From: Leucoraja erinacea
Lineage: Eukaryota
Assembly (NCBI RefSeq): GCF_028641065.1
Contig: NC_073384.1
Coordinates: forward strand, 17,050,001-17,114,000
DNA: 64,000 nucleotides
Direction: 5' to 3'
Shown here: in pieces, positions 62,460-64,000 of the stretch
Position numbering within the stretch: the stretch's first letter is position 1
Layout of the letters: every line of letters begins with the position of its first letter
Translations under genes and position numbers: made by a program
Notes under the pieces: generated by a model
What the model saw: the letters and a program-made list of their open reading frames with translations, nothing else
Told to the model about the DNA's origin: nothing
The model's database searches: none

Positions 62460-62944
62460 TAGAAACATAGAAACATAGAAAATAGGTGCAGGAGTAGGCC
62501 ATTCGGCCCTTCGAGCCTGTACCGCCATTCAATATGATCATGGCTGATCATCCAACTCAGTATCCTGTACCTGCCTTCTCTCCATACCCCCTGATCCCTC
62601 TAGCCACAAGGGCCACATCTACCTCCCTCTTAAATATAGCCAATGAACTGGCCTCAACTACTTTCTGTGGTAGAGAATTCCACAGATTAAACATTCTCTG
62701 TGTGAAAAAAAAGAATCTCATCTCGGTCCTAAAAGACTGCCCCCTTACCCTTAAACTGAGACCCCTTGTTCTGGACTTCCCCAACATCGGGAACAATCTT
62801 CTTGCATCTAGCCTGTCCAACCCTTTTAAGTTTCTATAAGAACCCCCCTGAATCTTCTAGCTAAATTCCAGCGAGTACAAGCCGAGTCTATCCAGTCTTT
62901 CTTCATATTAAAGTCCTGCCATCCCAGGAATCAGTCTTGTGAAC
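62460..62944 (-). mobile_element. CR1 3' fragment, interrupted by the LTR element at 62945
   Basis: ORF 62557..62820 and TTCTATGT tail. Confidence 0.88.
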
Positions 62945-64000
62945 TGTAGATGGTTTATGCATGCAACCTATAATGTCGCTACCTCATCACCATTAACACG
63001 CCCCATCATATCTGTATAACTATGATCTCCTCCCCTTCCTTCCTCCCATTTTGTCCTGGTACGCCTGAAGGCTGGATGCAGCCAGTGCTGGGACGTGTGT
63101 GCCATGTGCTATAATAAAGGCTCTAGTAAAGGCTACAGTGTGTCAGACTGAGTCCCTTTACATGGTGTCAGATAGTTAGACTCGCGCCTCCCTTTTACCG
63201 GTTTTCTTTTTATTCTTGCCCGGTATTCCCTGTCAGTTTTAATGGCCTCCTCGTGCAGGAAACCTTCTCCCCTTGTCTTTGATGCAGACATTGCGGAGCG
63301 ATGGGCTACTTTTGTTATGGACTATACCCACTTCGTCAATATTGTGCACAGAAAGACCCAGCTGCGGTCCGTGCCTCCCTCCTGCTTAATCTAGCAGGTC
63401 CCGATGCTATGAAGAGAGCTCAGGCTTTCGTCTATGATCCAGCGGTCCTGGATGACAATGGCCAGTCCGTCGTACCAGCGGAATCTGCCGACGACCCTGT
63501 ATGTCTTTTGCGTAAATTTGCCGAGATTTGCGACCAGCCCTCCAACCGCATATTGGAGCGGGCTAGGTTTTTCTCGCGGAAGCAACAGCCAGATGAACCT
63601 GTCGAGTGTTTCATCGCTGACCTGCGCTACCTTGCTCAGCGGTGCCGTTTTGAGAATATGCGTGACCAGCTCACCAGGGACATTCTAGTTACTGGCATGT
63701 TAGACCAGATGTTACGTGCTGATTTGCTGCAACGACCTGACCTGACCCTGACTCAGGCAATGCATGCGTGCCGCATCGCCGAGGTGGTAGCCCCTACGCA
63801 TGGGGTGAGGGGATCTGACAGCAGCGCTGTCCATCTGACTGGCGTTACCGGGCCACGACGTTTGCAGGACAACTCTCGCCCTCCACCGCGGCCCGCCCGT
63901 ACGGCTCAGGACCCGCGGGTACCTAAGTGTCCTAATTGTAACTATGCCCACCCCGTGCAGTCTCAGTGCCCGGCTTTCAGAAAATCCTGCAATTTCTGTA
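62945..64000 (+). mobile_element. Gypsy-like LTR retrotransposon 5' part: LTR 62945-63162, PBS 63163-63172, disrupted gag from 63242
   Basis: TG...CA LTR with AATAAA, then TGGTGTCAGA. gag KPSPLVFDADIAERW...ERARFFSRKQQPDEPVECFIADLRYLAQRCRF...CPNC..H...CPAFRKSCNFC. Runs off the window. Confidence 0.88.

Overview
Eukaryotic, repeat-rich genomic DNA, very probably from a cartilaginous fish (skate/ray). This is inferred from the HE1/V-SINE-like SINEs, CR1 3' ends with (TTCTATGT)n/(ATTGTCT)n tails and the Penelope/DIRS content. The only host genes I can support are two paralogous immunoglobulin-superfamily receptor genes arranged tail-to-tail, found by reading splice sites rather than the ORF track. 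Gene B (minus strand) has leader 61801-61849, V1 48937-49299, V2 47698-48042, TM 40039-40173 and cytoplasmic exons 39800-39873 and 37512-37553. These give 1008 nt / 336 codons in frame with canonical GT-AG introns; the last exon is uncertain. Gene A (plus strand; leader and V1 not in the window) has V2a 3658-4003 (+1 frameshift), V2b 6281-6625, TM 8045-8179 and cytoplasmic exons 8347-8420 and 12923-12964. Each V exon is a germline pre-joined VJ-type domain resembling TCR-gamma/Ig-lambda V regions (YYCxxW...GxGTxLxV). I found no C domain and no complete RSS. The TM is uncharged and the tail carries tyrosine motifs (DYENI; TIYM in A vs AIYM in B). The V2 exons show a mosaic pattern consistent with gene conversion. 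Most of the rest is mobile DNA: three DIRS1-like copies, two Gypsy-like LTR remnants plus a solo LTR, a near full-length CR1, two Tc1 (DD34E) elements, a young Penelope-like element with a 239-bp inverted pLTR and many hammerhead-ribozyme-like motifs, HERO/RTE/Rex1 fragments, MITEs and SINEs.
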